Shown here: one piece after another, positions 36,731-46,686 of the stretch | Layout: the number at the start of each line of letters is the position of its first letter | Position numbering within the stretch: the stretch's first letter is position 1 | NCBI GenBank assembly: GCA_052390235.1 | Contig: JBQTHB010000006.1 | Coordinates: 111,680 to 175,679, forward strand | DNA length: 64,000 bases | From: Deltaproteobacteria bacterium | GTDB taxonomy: Bacteria > Desulfobacterota_D > UBA1144 > Nemesobacterales > CSP1-2 | Direction: 5' to 3' | Notes under the pieces: generated by a model | The model's database searches: none | Seen by the model: the letters and a program-made list of their open reading frames with translations, nothing else | What the model was told of the DNA's origin: nothing | Made by a program: the position numbers and the translations under genes

Positions 36731-39700
36731 TCAGTTCACCTCTCTATTCTTTTTCTCAAATTCGATTTGCAAATCACCCTCGCTCGCCCTCTTAGTGGTC
36801 TCTCTCATAACCGACAGAAAGTGCGAAAGAGAGATGGAATTGCGTTTTGAATCTACGCTTATAGATAAATCCTTTAAACCGAGGATTCCGCGCGAGAGTT
36901 CAAGTTTCTTAAACGTGATGAAGCCGTCTTTCATATAGCCGTAAATCTGCCCGTTATTGTACTTGCGCGCCGAGCGGAGAACGAGCTTTTCTTTCACTCC
37001 GAGCTTCTGAAGTAGCGCCTTGCCGATTTTCCTCGGTTCGCTTGAGCCTATAGCCCAGAGATTAAACGAGCCGTCAACGGCGTTTAAATCGCCGCTCTCG
37101 CCCTTGAGCCAAGAAATTCCATTGACTCTGCCCGTGATATAGTCCCTGCCGGATGGCACTGCGCCGGAGATTTTATCGAGGCTCACGCGGCTAAAGAGGA
37201 GCGAGAGATTATATTTAAGCCCCTCCGGCGCGAAGTCGAATCCCCCCGTGGCAAAAGCCTCGCCCCCGTAGAGCTTCGATTCAAGCCTCTTTAGGTTCAG
37301 GCCGCCGCCGCTTAATTCAAGCTCGCATTCTATATCTTCTATCCTGAAAAATCCATACTCAATTTCCCGGATGCGGAGAAAATCCCCGCCGCTAGATGGG
37401 GCTTTGGCATCTTCGGCGTTTAGAAACTCAAGAAAATCGTCAAATGTCGTTTTATAGAGCTTCGGGGATTTGGCGATGGTAAAAAAAGGATTTTGGGATT
37501 TTACCGTGTCGCGGAGGGTAATAGCGCCGTTTACGCCTCCAATCCGTATGCCCGCCCCTCCATTCGCCGCGCTCTCGAAGGATACGTCTGTGATTTTGAG
37601 GCTTCCCCGCCACCCGCTCTCGGTTTCATCGGCAGGGGGGACGGAGGTCAGGCTGAGGCTCAAATCCCCTTTGAGGGCGCCGTCCGCAAAAGCCGGAATA
37701 ACGGGGCTAAGGGCGTTCTTTAGAAATGCCATGGGAATCCTAGGCAGGTTGATAGCAAAGCTCCTATTGTCATTAAGCGGATTTTCCACAGCGCCTATCA
37801 ATTTAATCCCCTCCCCTCCCGACTCCTCTATAAACCCGCTCTTAATGCTAAGGGTTTCACCGGAGGCTTCAAGCTCAATCTCACCCCGAAGCGAGGAGGA
37901 AGACACTCCGCCCTGTTTAATATCAAGCCCGCGAAATCCAATCTTCCCGCCGCCCTTGGGCAAGAGGCCCTCTCCCAGTTCACCGGCGAAGTCCACACCC
38001 ACGCTCTCTAAGGCAAAATTAATCCCTCCCGATGCAAAGGACGCCCCATCGAGCCTAAGCCGGGAGTCAACCCAAATGGGCGAGGATTCGGCGACCCTCA
38101 CCGAGGCTCCCCCGCCGATACTGCCCCCCATAAACTCCCCCGAAACGGCTTCTACCTCAATTCGGCTCTCGAAGGATTTCACCCGCGCCGAGAGTTTCTT
38201 TATCGGCATAAACGCAGTGGCTATCTCCTCGGCAGAGAGATTCGCGCTCCATCTAATCTCGTTTGCCGCCGAGTAGAAATTAAAATCCCCTTTGACGCCG
38301 CCGCCGTAAACGCGCCCGCCTAGGGTTTTAAAATCCGCCCCCGCGAATCCGAGCCTGTAGGGGATGTTCTGCTCCTTGTTTCCGAGGAGTAGTTCGAGCT
38401 TTTGGGCGGAAATCTCCCCGTAGCGCTCAAGCTCGGCTTTGAGATTGCCGAGAGCAACCGAGCCGCTTTGGTATTTGAAATCCGAGGAGAGAGCGGGAAA
38501 GATGAGCGTTTTGAACTCTCCCCGCTCTGCGGCAACGCTTCCTGAAAAGCTGAGCCGCCCACTGCCGCCGCCCTCCCCTCGGAGTAGCCCTCGAAACTGT
38601 CCAAGCGAGACCTGCTCCTGAGGGATTCGCAGAGCCGCCCCATTGACGGAAATTTCAGTCGTCCACTCGCCGCCGCGTTCGAGGTTAAATTCTAATTTCT
38701 CGCCGTCGGCTTTTTCTGCGTGGATTTCTCCGTAGGAGACCTTTGCCAGCCGTAATTTGGGCGCGCCGATTTTGATGCCGCCCCCTGTTTTAGACAGAGA
38801 AATTCGGACCGGCAAAGGGGCATCGGCTTTGGAAATTGATAGCCCCTCGCCGCTTTCGAGCCTCAATTTGAAATCCCGAATCTCAAAGGAAGCCTCAGAT
38901 GTGAATTCGTCCATATCTCGGCTCTCGAAACCCGCATCAAGCGAGTCAACTATGCCCCTAATGCCCGCAAGCGGCGAGTCGCCCGGGATTTTATTCAAAT
39001 CGAGATTCGAGGCAGAGAGCCTGCCCGCGATACTGCGCGATGCGGCGGAAAATGTATATTTGCCCCCTAAGTTGACGCGCCCTCCGAGAGCAGACGCCTC
39101 AAAATCCACAAGCGATAGCGCGCCGCCAATCCCTTGGCGCGAGGTGAAAGCGACCCTTCCCTGCGCGCCGCCGGATTTTCCCAGATGCAGAGTCTCGGCG
39201 GATTTCAGGCGGAGCGATGCGCGGGCGGCGAAATCCTCCGCAGGTTCGGACAAGGGCTTCTCGGCGGTAAATTCCCCCTCAATTCCTTGGATGAAATAGC
39301 CGCTCTCGGCGCTGCGAATATCCCCTCCAGCAATGCGCCCACCGACAGTTAAGGCGAGGGTCGCCTCGGCAGGGGAGCCGGACAGTTTTACGTAATCCGT
39401 GAGAATCAGCCCGCTCATCTGAACGCTAGATAGAGCGGGAATAAAGCGCGGGAGGTTTTCAAGCTGAATTGGGTCAATTCTGCCCTGAATATCAAATATT
39501 CCCCCGGTTTTGACCCCCCGCACCGCGCCCCAGAATGACGCAGAAATCAGCTCGTCCGCCTCAAAAATCAGAGAATCGAGCGAGGCGGCGTCGGTTTTCG
39601 GGTCATATTTCGCCTCGTACCGGATTTTCCCCGCAAGCCGCCCCTCGCCCGCAGGAGCACCCTCGTAGCGCCGCAAATCAATCTCCCCTTGAGAGGTTAC

Positions 39701-40426
39701 GCCGTCCGCGATGCGAAATGCAAATCTCGATGAGAGGGAAAACTCCCCACGAGCAATTGCCACGGATACGGTATCAGCGACCAGCCGCGGGATGGTTATT
39801 TTGACCTCCCCGCTCGGAGCGGGCGAAAATGGATACGCGACCCCGACGATAGAGACCTCATTGCCAAGGGCGGCGATGGAGGCTTGGATGTTTATCGCTC
39901 TATCTTCCTCGGAGGGGGCGTCGGCTAAAGCGAGGGCAATTTGTTTTATCTCGACTTGGGGGAGGCGCGCAATTCGGGCGTCTCGGATTTGGAGGCGGCG
40001 CACTTCGATAGGAAACGATTTTTTATCGTCTCCGCGGTCGCCCATGAGGTTAATTATGCCGTCGAGTTCTCTTTTATCGAGAGAGAAAACGGGCTTCTCA
40101 ATTACGATTTCCTGAATCTTTATCTTCAAATCTAGAATTGAAGCCAAAATCGCCGGCTCGAAGACGAGCCTTCCCACGGTAAGTATCGGGTCGGCAATGT
40201 TAAGCGGGTTTGAAATCTCGATTTCACTGCCCCGAAAGCCGGAGAATAAGCCGAAATCAATATCGCCGACTTTGACTTTATATCCCGTGTTCTCGGAGAA
40301 CCGCTCGAGATAGCCGCGCACCTGGGCGGGGAGAATAAATTTCAGCACAATCAGCAGTGAGATAACCAGCGCCGATAGAGCCAGAGCCGATGCGATAGCG
40401 AGATTTTTAACCCTTGAGCGGCGCAT
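36731..40426 (-). CDS. AsmA-like / YdbH-like giant envelope protein (putative intermembrane lipid-transport bridge)
   Basis: 1231 aa. Single N-terminal TM (LAIASALALSALVISLLIVLKFIL) followed by uninterrupted beta-rich, Gly/Ser/Ala-rich sequence. Ends 3 nt before the YdbL-like gene, mirroring ydbH-ynbE-ydbL. Confidence 0.6.
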   Translation of the reverse strand: MRRSRVKNLAIASALALSALVISLLIVLKFILPAQVRGYLERFSENTGYKVKVGDIDFGLFSGFRGSEIEISNPLNIADPILTVGRLVFEPAILASILDLKIKIQEIVIEKPVFSLDKRELDGIINLMGDRGDDKKSFPIEVRRLQIRDARIARLPQVEIKQIALALADAPSEEDRAINIQASIAALGNEVSIVGVAYPFSPAPSGEVKITIPRLVADTVSVAIARGEFSLSSRFAFRIADGVTSQGEIDLRRYEGAPAGEGRLAGKIRYEAKYDPKTDAASLDSLIFEADELISASFWGAVRGVKTGGIFDIQGRIDPIQLENLPRFIPALSSVQMSGLILTDYVKLSGSPAEATLALTVGGRIAGGDIRSAESGYFIQGIEGEFTAEKPLSEPAEDFAARASLRLKSAETLHLGKSGGAQGRVAFTSRQGIGGALSLVDFEASALGGRVNLGGKYTFSAASRSIAGRLSASNLDLNKIPGDSPLAGIRGIVDSLDAGFESRDMDEFTSEASFEIRDFKLRLESGEGLSISKADAPLPVRISLSKTGGGIKIGAPKLRLAKVSYGEIHAEKADGEKLEFNLERGGEWTTEISVNGAALRIPQEQVSLGQFRGLLRGEGGGSGRLSFSGSVAAERGEFKTLIFPALSSDFKYQSGSVALGNLKAELERYGEISAQKLELLLGNKEQNIPYRLGFAGADFKTLGGRVYGGGVKGDFNFYSAANEIRWSANLSAEEIATAFMPIKKLSARVKSFESRIEVEAVSGEFMGGSIGGGASVRVAESSPIWVDSRLRLDGASFASGGINFALESVGVDFAGELGEGLLPKGGGKIGFRGLDIKQGGVSSSSLRGEIELEASGETLSIKSGFIEESGGEGIKLIGAVENPLNDNRSFAINLPRIPMAFLKNALSPVIPAFADGALKGDLSLSLTSVPPADETESGWRGSLKITDVSFESAANGGAGIRIGGVNGAITLRDTVKSQNPFFTIAKSPKLYKTTFDDFLEFLNAEDAKAPSSGGDFLRIREIEYGFFRIEDIECELELSGGGLNLKRLESKLYGGEAFATGGFDFAPEGLKYNLSLLFSRVSLDKISGAVPSGRDYITGRVNGISWLKGESGDLNAVDGSFNLWAIGSSEPRKIGKALLQKLGVKEKLVLRSARKYNNGQIYGYMKDGFITFKKLELSRGILGLKDLSISVDSKRNSISLSHFLSVMRETTKRASEGDLQIEFEKKNREVN

Positions 40427-40476
40427 ACCTCAGATATTATATTGACAATTTCGGGGTTTAGGAACGGGCTTTAGAA

Positions 40477-40881
40477 TCAGTTGGTCTTGGCAACGCGCTC
40501 GTCTCTGCGGAGAACGTCTTCAACGGCGCGGGCTTTGATGACGTTTTTGAACTTAAAAAGGGCGTAGCGTCTCTCTTTTTTGAATTTCCCCGTAACTATC
40601 AGCCTATCGCCTTTAGCCACATCGAGCCGCCCCTTGGTATAGACGCCGATGGAGTTTTTCTCTGCGTCTATAAGGCTAAATAGCGTGTAATGGTCTCCCG
40701 AAGGGACTGTGTAGTGCTTCAGTTTTTCAATCACTCCCTCGACCGAAATCACCTTGCCGTCGTACTGGCGCGGGTCGGACACAACCGATTCAATTTCAAT
40801 TGGGCTTTTAACCTCTTCGGCGCTCAAATTAACTATGGATGAAATCGCCAACACCGCAATTAATACAAACTGTCTGAGCAT
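40477..40881 (-). CDS. Small secreted hypothetical protein (possibly OB-fold-like)
   Basis: Signal peptide MLRQFVLIAVLAISSIVNLSA; 134 aa; 50 nt upstream of the AsmA-like gene on the same strand. No family recognised. Confidence 0.5.
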   Translation of the reverse strand: MLRQFVLIAVLAISSIVNLSAEEVKSPIEIESVVSDPRQYDGKVISVEGVIEKLKHYTVPSGDHYTLFSLIDAEKNSIGVYTKGRLDVAKGDRLIVTGKFKKERRYALFKFKNVIKARAVEDVLRRDERVAKTN

Positions 40882-41020
40882 AGCCTGCGCTCCCTCCTTT
40901 TAGCGTTTTGGATGAATTCACTGATGTTTGGGATTCACTGTCGGCAATTAAATCCGATGCTATAAACTACCTAAAGTGCGGTTTGGTTGCAATTGAGAAC
41001 TAGCCAGGGACAAACCGGAA

Positions 41021-41049
41021 TTGACAATAAAACTTGGAGATTAAATAAT
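41021..41049 (+). promoter_or_regulatory. Candidate sigma70 promoter of ilvD
   Basis: TTGACA (41021-41026), 17 nt, AATAAT (41044-41049). Confidence 0.3.
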
Positions 41050-41084
41050 TAACCTCTAACCAATCCCCAGAAGGAGATAAAAAG

Positions 41085-42788
41085 TTGAAAAAGAAATCCC
41101 CCGCGCCGCCTGAACATAACCCTCGCAAGCACTCTTCGATTTACGTCGAAGGCGCAGACCGCGCCCCAAGCCGGGCGATGCTCCGCGCCGTAGGGTTTCG
41201 GGACGAGGACTTTAAAAAACCCGTAGTCGGCATCGCATCCACTTGGAGCATGGTAACCCCGTGTAATATGCACATTGACAAGCTCGCCCTCGAAGCCGCT
41301 AAAGGGGCGGACGGAGCGGGGGGAAAGGCGATAATTTTCAATACCATTACCGTGTCGGATGGGATTTCCATGGGGACTCCGGGGATGCGTTATTCGCTCG
41401 TATCGCGCGAGGTCATAGCGGATTCGATTGAAACCGTTACGGCTGGGGAAGGATTCGACGGGCTTGTCGCCATCGGCGGATGCGATAAAAATATGCCCGG
41501 ATGCCTGATGGCAATGGCGCGGATGAATCGCCCTTCGGTGTTCGTATATGGGGGAACGATAATGCCGGGGATGCACTGCGGAAAGCCGGTTGACGTGGTT
41601 TCTGTGTTTGAAGCGGTCGGGGCGCACGCGAACAAAACGATAAACGACGAAGAACTCAAGGCGATAGAATCCTGCGCCATTCCGGGCCCCGGCTCCTGCG
41701 GAGGGATGTACACGGCAAACACCATGGCTTCTGCGATTGAGGCGCTGGGGATGAGCCTTCCCAACAGCTCGGCCCAGGCGGCAATATCCACAGAGAAAAA
41801 CATGGACTGCTCCGGGGCAGGAGCGGCCGTGATGAATCTGATTAAAAATAATATCCGTCCGCGAGATATTATGACGAGAAAAGCGTTTGAGAACGCGATC
41901 TCGGTCGTCATCGCCCTCGGCGGGTCAACAAATGCCGTGCTGCATCTCCTAGCAATGGCCCATGCGGCGGGGGTAAAGCTCTCGATAGACGACTTCAACC
42001 GCATCGGGAGCAAGCGTCCCGTGCTTGCAGACCTCAAACCGAGCGGCAAATATTTTATGTCTCAATTCTGCCAAATCGGCGGGCTTTCTCCGCTTTTGAA
42101 AATTATGCTCGACAGAGGACTCCTCCACGGCGACTGCCTAACGGTTACGGGCAGAACCCTCGAGGAGAACCTAAAGAGCGTAAAACCGTATCCGAAGAAG
42201 CAGGGAATTATAGCCCCATTTGAAAATCCGATAAAAAAAGACAGCCACATCGTGGTTCTGCGCGGCAACCTCGCCCCAGAAGGGGCAGTCGCTAAAATCA
42301 CAGGCAAAGAGGGACTCTCGTTCACCGGAAAAGCCATCGTATTTGACTCCGAAGAGGAATCCCTCAAGGCGATACTGTCGGGCAGGGTGAAGAAGGGACA
42401 CGTCATCGTTATACGCTACGAGGGGCCCAAAGGGGGACCCGGGATGCGCGAGATGCTAAGCCCCACCTCGGCTGTAATAGGCAGGGGGCTTGGCAGCGAC
42501 GTCGCACTCATCACCGATGGCAGATTCTCAGGCGGCACTCACGGATTCGTAGTCGGACACATCACCCCTGAGGCGGCTGAAGGCGGCGCGTTAGCGGTAG
42601 TAAAAAACGGGGACGAGATAACAATTGACGCAAAGAGGCGAGAGATCATCCTAGGGGTGTCAGATGCAGAGATCGGGCGGCGGCTCGGCGAGTGGAAAAA
42701 GCCCAAACCCAAAGAAACCCGCGGAGCGCTTGCCAAATATGCAAAACTCGTAAGCTCGGCGTCCGAAGGGGCGGTAACGGATAAGTGA
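41085..42788 (+). CDS. ilvD: Dihydroxy-acid dehydratase
   Basis: [16 protein letters not shown]...[19 protein letters not shown]...CDKNMPG...[15 protein letters not shown] start after AGGAGA. Confidence 0.95.
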   Translation: MKKKSPAPPEHNPRKHSSIYVEGADRAPSRAMLRAVGFRDEDFKKPVVGIASTWSMVTPCNMHIDKLALEAAKGADGAGGKAIIFNTITVSDGISMGTPGMRYSLVSREVIADSIETVTAGEGFDGLVAIGGCDKNMPGCLMAMARMNRPSVFVYGGTIMPGMHCGKPVDVVSVFEAVGAHANKTINDEELKAIESCAIPGPGSCGGMYTANTMASAIEALGMSLPNSSAQAAISTEKNMDCSGAGAAVMNLIKNNIRPRDIMTRKAFENAISVVIALGGSTNAVLHLLAMAHAAGVKLSIDDFNRIGSKRPVLADLKPSGKYFMSQFCQIGGLSPLLKIMLDRGLLHGDCLTVTGRTLEENLKSVKPYPKKQGIIAPFENPIKKDSHIVVLRGNLAPEGAVAKITGKEGLSFTGKAIVFDSEEESLKAILSGRVKKGHVIVIRYEGPKGGPGMREMLSPTSAVIGRGLGSDVALITDGRFSGGTHGFVVGHITPEAAEGGALAVVKNGDEITIDAKRREIILGVSDAEIGRRLGEWKKPKPKETRGALAKYAKLVSSASEGAVTDK

Positions 42789-42819
42789 TTCAGGATGAGA
42801 GATATTATTAGGGGCGCGC

Positions 42820-43908
42820 CTACGCCCGGCTGAGTTGATAGAGCAGGTTTTTCAGGTGCTTCGAGCCTGAAATCTCAATCCGGCTTTTAATCTCAATCCA
42901 GTTCCCTAGCGAGCTTCTGAGAAACACATTGACAATTTCGGGGTCGAACTGCGTGCCTGATGATTTGGCTATCTCTTCTATAGCCTTGCCAAAGGGCATG
43001 GCTTTTCTATATGGGCGGTCGCTTGTCATGGCGTCTAGGGCGTCAATCACCGAAAATATCCTCGCTCCGATGGGGATTTGCTCGCCCGCAAGCCCGCCGT
43101 TGTATCCCCTGCCGTCAAAGCGCTCGTGATGGGTAAGCACAATTTTCGCGGACGGCTCAAGGAACTCTATCTGCTTTAAAATGTTATAGCCCGAAACGGG
43201 ATGAGTCCTCATGACCTGCCACTCGTCTTTAGTTAGCTCTCCGGGTTTGAGCAAAATGGAGTCGGGAATGCCTATTTTGCCGATGTCGTGCAGGAGCGCT
43301 CCCATCGCAATCACGGACAGGTCGGCGCTGGAGAGGCTCATCTGCTTGGCGAGGTTAATGGCGTATTCAGTCACCCTGTAGGAGTGATGGCTCGTTCCGT
43401 GTTCCCTGAGGTCGAGCGTGAGAACTAGCGCCTCAAGGGTGTCCGAGTAGATGCCGACGAGCTTTTTAGTCTGCTGAATCACTTTTTTTTCGAGATTTTC
43501 CTGATAATCGCGGTTTTCTCTGATGAGTCTCGACCTCTCGGCGGCGCGCCCGATGACGGCTTTAACCTCGTCAACGTCGAAGGGCTTGAATATGTAGTCG
43601 TAAGCCCCTTCCCGTAGGGCGAGCCTCAAATCTTCGGTGTCTCTGGACGCGGAGACCATTATAGGGGAAACCCCAGAATGAGATTTGAGCCTTATCAGAG
43701 TTTGGAGTCCGTTTAAATTGGGCATGTGAATATCCAAAAGCACGATAGTTATCTCTGCGTCCGATGAGATTTTCTCAAGGCACTCGGCGCCGTCTTTGGC
43801 CGTACCGCAGTCATGGCCCATCTCTTCGAGTATATCGTTGAGGAGGGATCTTATAATCTCTTCGTCGTCTACAATGAGTATTTTTTCTCTGCTGCGCAAA
43901 ACCGGCAT
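42820..43908 (-). CDS. Response regulator with HD-GYP-type phosphodiesterase domain
   Basis: REC domain (ILIVDDEE...LLDIHMPNLNG...KPF) followed by HHSYRV...LLHDIGKIGIP...HHERFDGRGYNGG. Confidence 0.85.
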   Translation of the reverse strand: MPVLRSREKILIVDDEEIIRSLLNDILEEMGHDCGTAKDGAECLEKISSDAEITIVLLDIHMPNLNGLQTLIRLKSHSGVSPIMVSASRDTEDLRLALREGAYDYIFKPFDVDEVKAVIGRAAERSRLIRENRDYQENLEKKVIQQTKKLVGIYSDTLEALVLTLDLREHGTSHHSYRVTEYAINLAKQMSLSSADLSVIAMGALLHDIGKIGIPDSILLKPGELTKDEWQVMRTHPVSGYNILKQIEFLEPSAKIVLTHHERFDGRGYNGGLAGEQIPIGARIFSVIDALDAMTSDRPYRKAMPFGKAIEEIAKSSGTQFDPEIVNVFLRSSLGNWIEIKSRIEISGSKHLKNLLYQLSRA

Positions 43909-44070
43909 CCTGCTAAGTAGTTATCTCGGGTCAACTTTAGTTTTACAACGCATTTGTGCTTTTTTCAATAGAATGGGCTAAGAATTTGGGTATTTCAATC
44001 CTCAATAAAGACCCCGAAGCCCGCGCGCAAAAAGAGCGAACACCCAGCAATATCATTGCCCGCCTCGTCT

Positions 44071-44098
44071 TTGACATTTTAACTTGAATATGTAAAAT
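44071..44098 (+). promoter_or_regulatory. Candidate sigma70 promoter of speD
   Basis: TTGACA (44071-44076), 16 nt, TAAAAT (44093-44098). The -10 element overlaps the track ORF ATG at 44097. Confidence 0.4.
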
Positions 44099-44144
44099 GC
44101 CTGTTCCTGTTAACGAATTCTTAATAAAGAGAGAGGATGGAATA

Positions 44145-44549
44145 TTGAAGGCCCTAGGGAGGCATCTTCTAGTGGAATACCACGGGTGTAACCCTCAAAC
44201 ATTGAACAACTTGGAGAAGATTCAAGCGTTTATGGTTGAAGCCGCTTCCCAGTGCGGAGCTACAGTGCTTGGGAGCTCGTTTCACTATTTCTCCCCTCAG
44301 GGCGTGAGCGGCGTAGTGGTCATTGCTGAGTCCCATCTATCCATTCACACTTGGCCCGAATACGAGTATGCGGCCGTAGATGTGTTTACCTGCGGCGGAA
44401 CGGTTGACCCTTGGGCGGCTTTTCATTATCTAAAATCGGCGCTGGACTCAAGCGAGAGTTCCGCAAGAGACCTCCGGCGAGGAGAGATTTCCCCTCAAAC
44501 CGAGAGGCAGGCAAGGAAGCGAAAACTCCAGTCCATAAAAGCGGACTAG
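44145..44549 (+). CDS. speD: S-adenosylmethionine decarboxylase proenzyme (small bacterial class)
   Basis: [11 protein letters not shown]...[16 protein letters not shown] (self-cleavage ES site)...VDVFTCG. TTG 44145 after GAGAGGA gives MKALGRHLL, the canonical N-terminus. The track start 44097 sits in the -10 box. Confidence 0.85.
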   Translation: MKALGRHLLVEYHGCNPQTLNNLEKIQAFMVEAASQCGATVLGSSFHYFSPQGVSGVVVIAESHLSIHTWPEYEYAAVDVFTCGGTVDPWAAFHYLKSALDSSESSARDLRRGEISPQTERQARKRKLQSIKAD

Positions 44550-44681
44550 CAATCGGCGCGCCCCCCTGCAATCCCACCAGAGCGAAGCCCCGGGCAATAG
44601 CATCCTATCCTGAATTAGAATTGAGTAAAATCGCGAAAAGGAGGGAAACGTCCGTGCGAGTCCCCCGCCTTTATTGGGGTT

Positions 44682-45011
44682 TTATATAACTTTTAGAATC
44701 AGTTTTTCAATTTCGGATTTGGGCACAGCCCCCACGACCTGATGCTGAGCCTTGCCGTCTTTGAACACTATGAGAGTGGGAATGCTTCTTATGCCGAATT
44801 TCGTTGTAATCTGCTGGTTTTGGTCAACATTGACCTTGCCCACTTTGACCCTGCCCGAATAGGAGGTTGCAATTTCGTCAACCACCGGGGCAAGCGCTCT
44901 GCACGGGCCGCACCACGGAGCCCAGAAATCCACAAGCACGGGCGTTTCGCTCTTTAGAACCTCGGCTTCAAAGGTCGAATCCTGAATCTCAATTATTTCT
45001 GCGCTTGCCAT
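44682..45011 (-). CDS. trxA: Thioredoxin
   Basis: [19 protein letters not shown]...[14 protein letters not shown]. Confidence 0.95.
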   Translation of the reverse strand: MASAEIIEIQDSTFEAEVLKSETPVLVDFWAPWCGPCRALAPVVDEIATSYSGRVKVGKVNVDQNQQITTKFGIRSIPTLIVFKDGKAQHQVVGAVPKSEIEKLILKVI

Positions 45012-45143
45012 TTAAGTATGACCTCTCCTTAAATTTATTAGAATTGAACGTGCCATGTATTATAGTCGTTTGAGTCGGCGATGCAAGTATCACGAGGGTC
45101 TTAACGGATTTTTAACTTATCAAAAGAGGTAGAACTCAAGTAA

Positions 45144-46370
45144 ATGACTCTGCGCTCGCTTTATGTGGATTTCAACTCATATTTTGCCTCTGTAGAGCAG
45201 GAGGAAAACCCCGCCCTGCGCGGCAGACCCGTCGGGGTCGTGCCAGTTGAAGCCGAAACGACCTGCTTCATTGCCGCAAGCTACGAGGCAAAAAAGTTCG
45301 GCGTCCGAACCGGCACACGCGTCGCCAAGGGGAGAGTGCTCTGCCCCGGCATCCGCATAATTCCAGCTCGTCCAGCGATTTATGTACAGTACCACCGAAG
45401 ACTCGTCGAGGCGGTTGAATCTTGCATCCCCGTTGAGAGAGTCCTGTCAATTGACGAGATGTACTGCGAGCTTACCGGAAGCTCCCAACATCGGGAACGC
45501 GCCCTTGCCATCGCCGCTCTCATCAAAAAAACCGTAGCCCAGAGAGTAGGGGTACATCTTCGCTCATCCATAGGCATCGCCCCAAACGTGTATCTCGCTA
45601 AAACGGCAACCGATATGCAAAAGCCCGACGGATGCGTTGTAATTGACGATGCGGATTTGCCCGGTTGTCTCTACCGGCTCAATCTCACAGACCTGTGCGG
45701 CGTTGGAGCGGCAATGGAGAGTCGTCTGAATAGATTGGGCATAAGAAGCGTTAAAGAGCTATGTGAAGCCGAGCGGGGGGTATTAAAAAAGGCGTGGGGA
45801 GGGATCGAAGGAGAGCGGATGTATGAGCGTATCAGGGGGAAAACCCATCATCCCGCGCCCGCTTCCCAGAAATCAACCCTCGGACACTCGCATATGCTTC
45901 CCCCGGAACTGCGCTCTGGCGAAGGGGCGAGCGCGGCGCTATATAAATTAATCCAGAAAGCGGCGGCGAGGCTTAGGAGTTACGGTCTTTTGGCGGGGAG
46001 GCTGTCCATTGCGCTGAAAGATGTAAACGGCGGCGTATGGGAGGATGAAATCCGCTTCGAGCCAACCGCCGATACGCTCGAATTTTTAACCGCCCTCAAG
46101 AGCGCAATGGCTAAACGTCCGAGGACGAAAATAGCCCCGCTGAAAGTCTCAGTTACGCTCTCGAATCTCGGCGAGGCAAAAAATCGCCAGCTTCTACTTT
46201 TCAGCGACTGCCGGAATCGGGAAAACCTCAACGCCGCAATTGACAGCATTAATCTGCGCTACGGGGCAAATACCGTATATTTCGGCGGCGCGTCGCTTGG
46301 ACTGAATGCCGCTCCCATGAGAATCGCCTTTAACCACATCCCGGATTTAAGCATCGAGGGCGATGACTAG
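45144..46370 (+). CDS. Y-family DNA polymerase (DinB/UmuC-like)
   Basis: LYVDFNSYFASVEQ...PVGVV...ASYEAKKFGVRTG...SIDEMYCEL (catalytic DE)...GIAPNVYLAKTA...L..LCGVG. Confidence 0.8.
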   Translation: MTLRSLYVDFNSYFASVEQEENPALRGRPVGVVPVEAETTCFIAASYEAKKFGVRTGTRVAKGRVLCPGIRIIPARPAIYVQYHRRLVEAVESCIPVERVLSIDEMYCELTGSSQHRERALAIAALIKKTVAQRVGVHLRSSIGIAPNVYLAKTATDMQKPDGCVVIDDADLPGCLYRLNLTDLCGVGAAMESRLNRLGIRSVKELCEAERGVLKKAWGGIEGERMYERIRGKTHHPAPASQKSTLGHSHMLPPELRSGEGASAALYKLIQKAAARLRSYGLLAGRLSIALKDVNGGVWEDEIRFEPTADTLEFLTALKSAMAKRPRTKIAPLKVSVTLSNLGEAKNRQLLLFSDCRNRENLNAAIDSINLRYGANTVYFGGASLGLNAAPMRIAFNHIPDLSIEGDD

Positions 46371-46475
46371 CGAGAGGTACCGAGGCGGAGGGCGGGGAAT
46401 GTGCGGGCTGGATACGAAATACCGCTCAATCCGAAAGGGGCGCGGATTCGGGAATTTCGAGGGAATTACGCAGAC

Positions 46476-46503
46476 TTGCAACATCTCTTCTATTTGATAT
46501 AAT
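46476..46503 (+). promoter_or_regulatory. Candidate sigma70 promoter of hppA (leaves a leader of about 180 nt)
   Basis: TTGCAA (46476-46481), 16 nt, TATAAT (46498-46503). Confidence 0.4.
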
Positions 46504-46686
46504 TGTTCGGCTCTAAAAGTCCGGCGGAGCGGTTTTGCGCATAATTAATACTGGGCCGAGCCGGGTACGCGCAGATTAATAGCCCTCATCCTAATAAAAA
46601 TCCTAGAGACTAAACGTGTGCGGCGAATATAACCATTTGAGAAATTCTAATAAGTTATCAAATAACTGACTTAAGGAGGATGAGAG

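Noticed and set aside
37470-38276. Long antisense ORFs inside the AsmA-like gene. The same pattern occurs in ilvD (41049..41627, 41390..42049), hppA, both receptors, and the duplicated lipoprotein gene (53031..53465, 53772..54393).
   Set aside because: They are typical high-GC shadow ORFs with Arg/Pro/Ser/Ala-rich composition. None shows a motif or a ribosome-binding site, and each fully overlaps a CDS with a strong family signature.
40440-40456. 17-nt exact repeat ATTGACAATTTCGGGGT, also at 42928-42944
   Set aside because: A single 17-mer coincidence in 64 kb counted on both strands is not far from chance expectation. One copy lies inside the HD-GYP coding sequence, and no extended similarity surrounds either copy.
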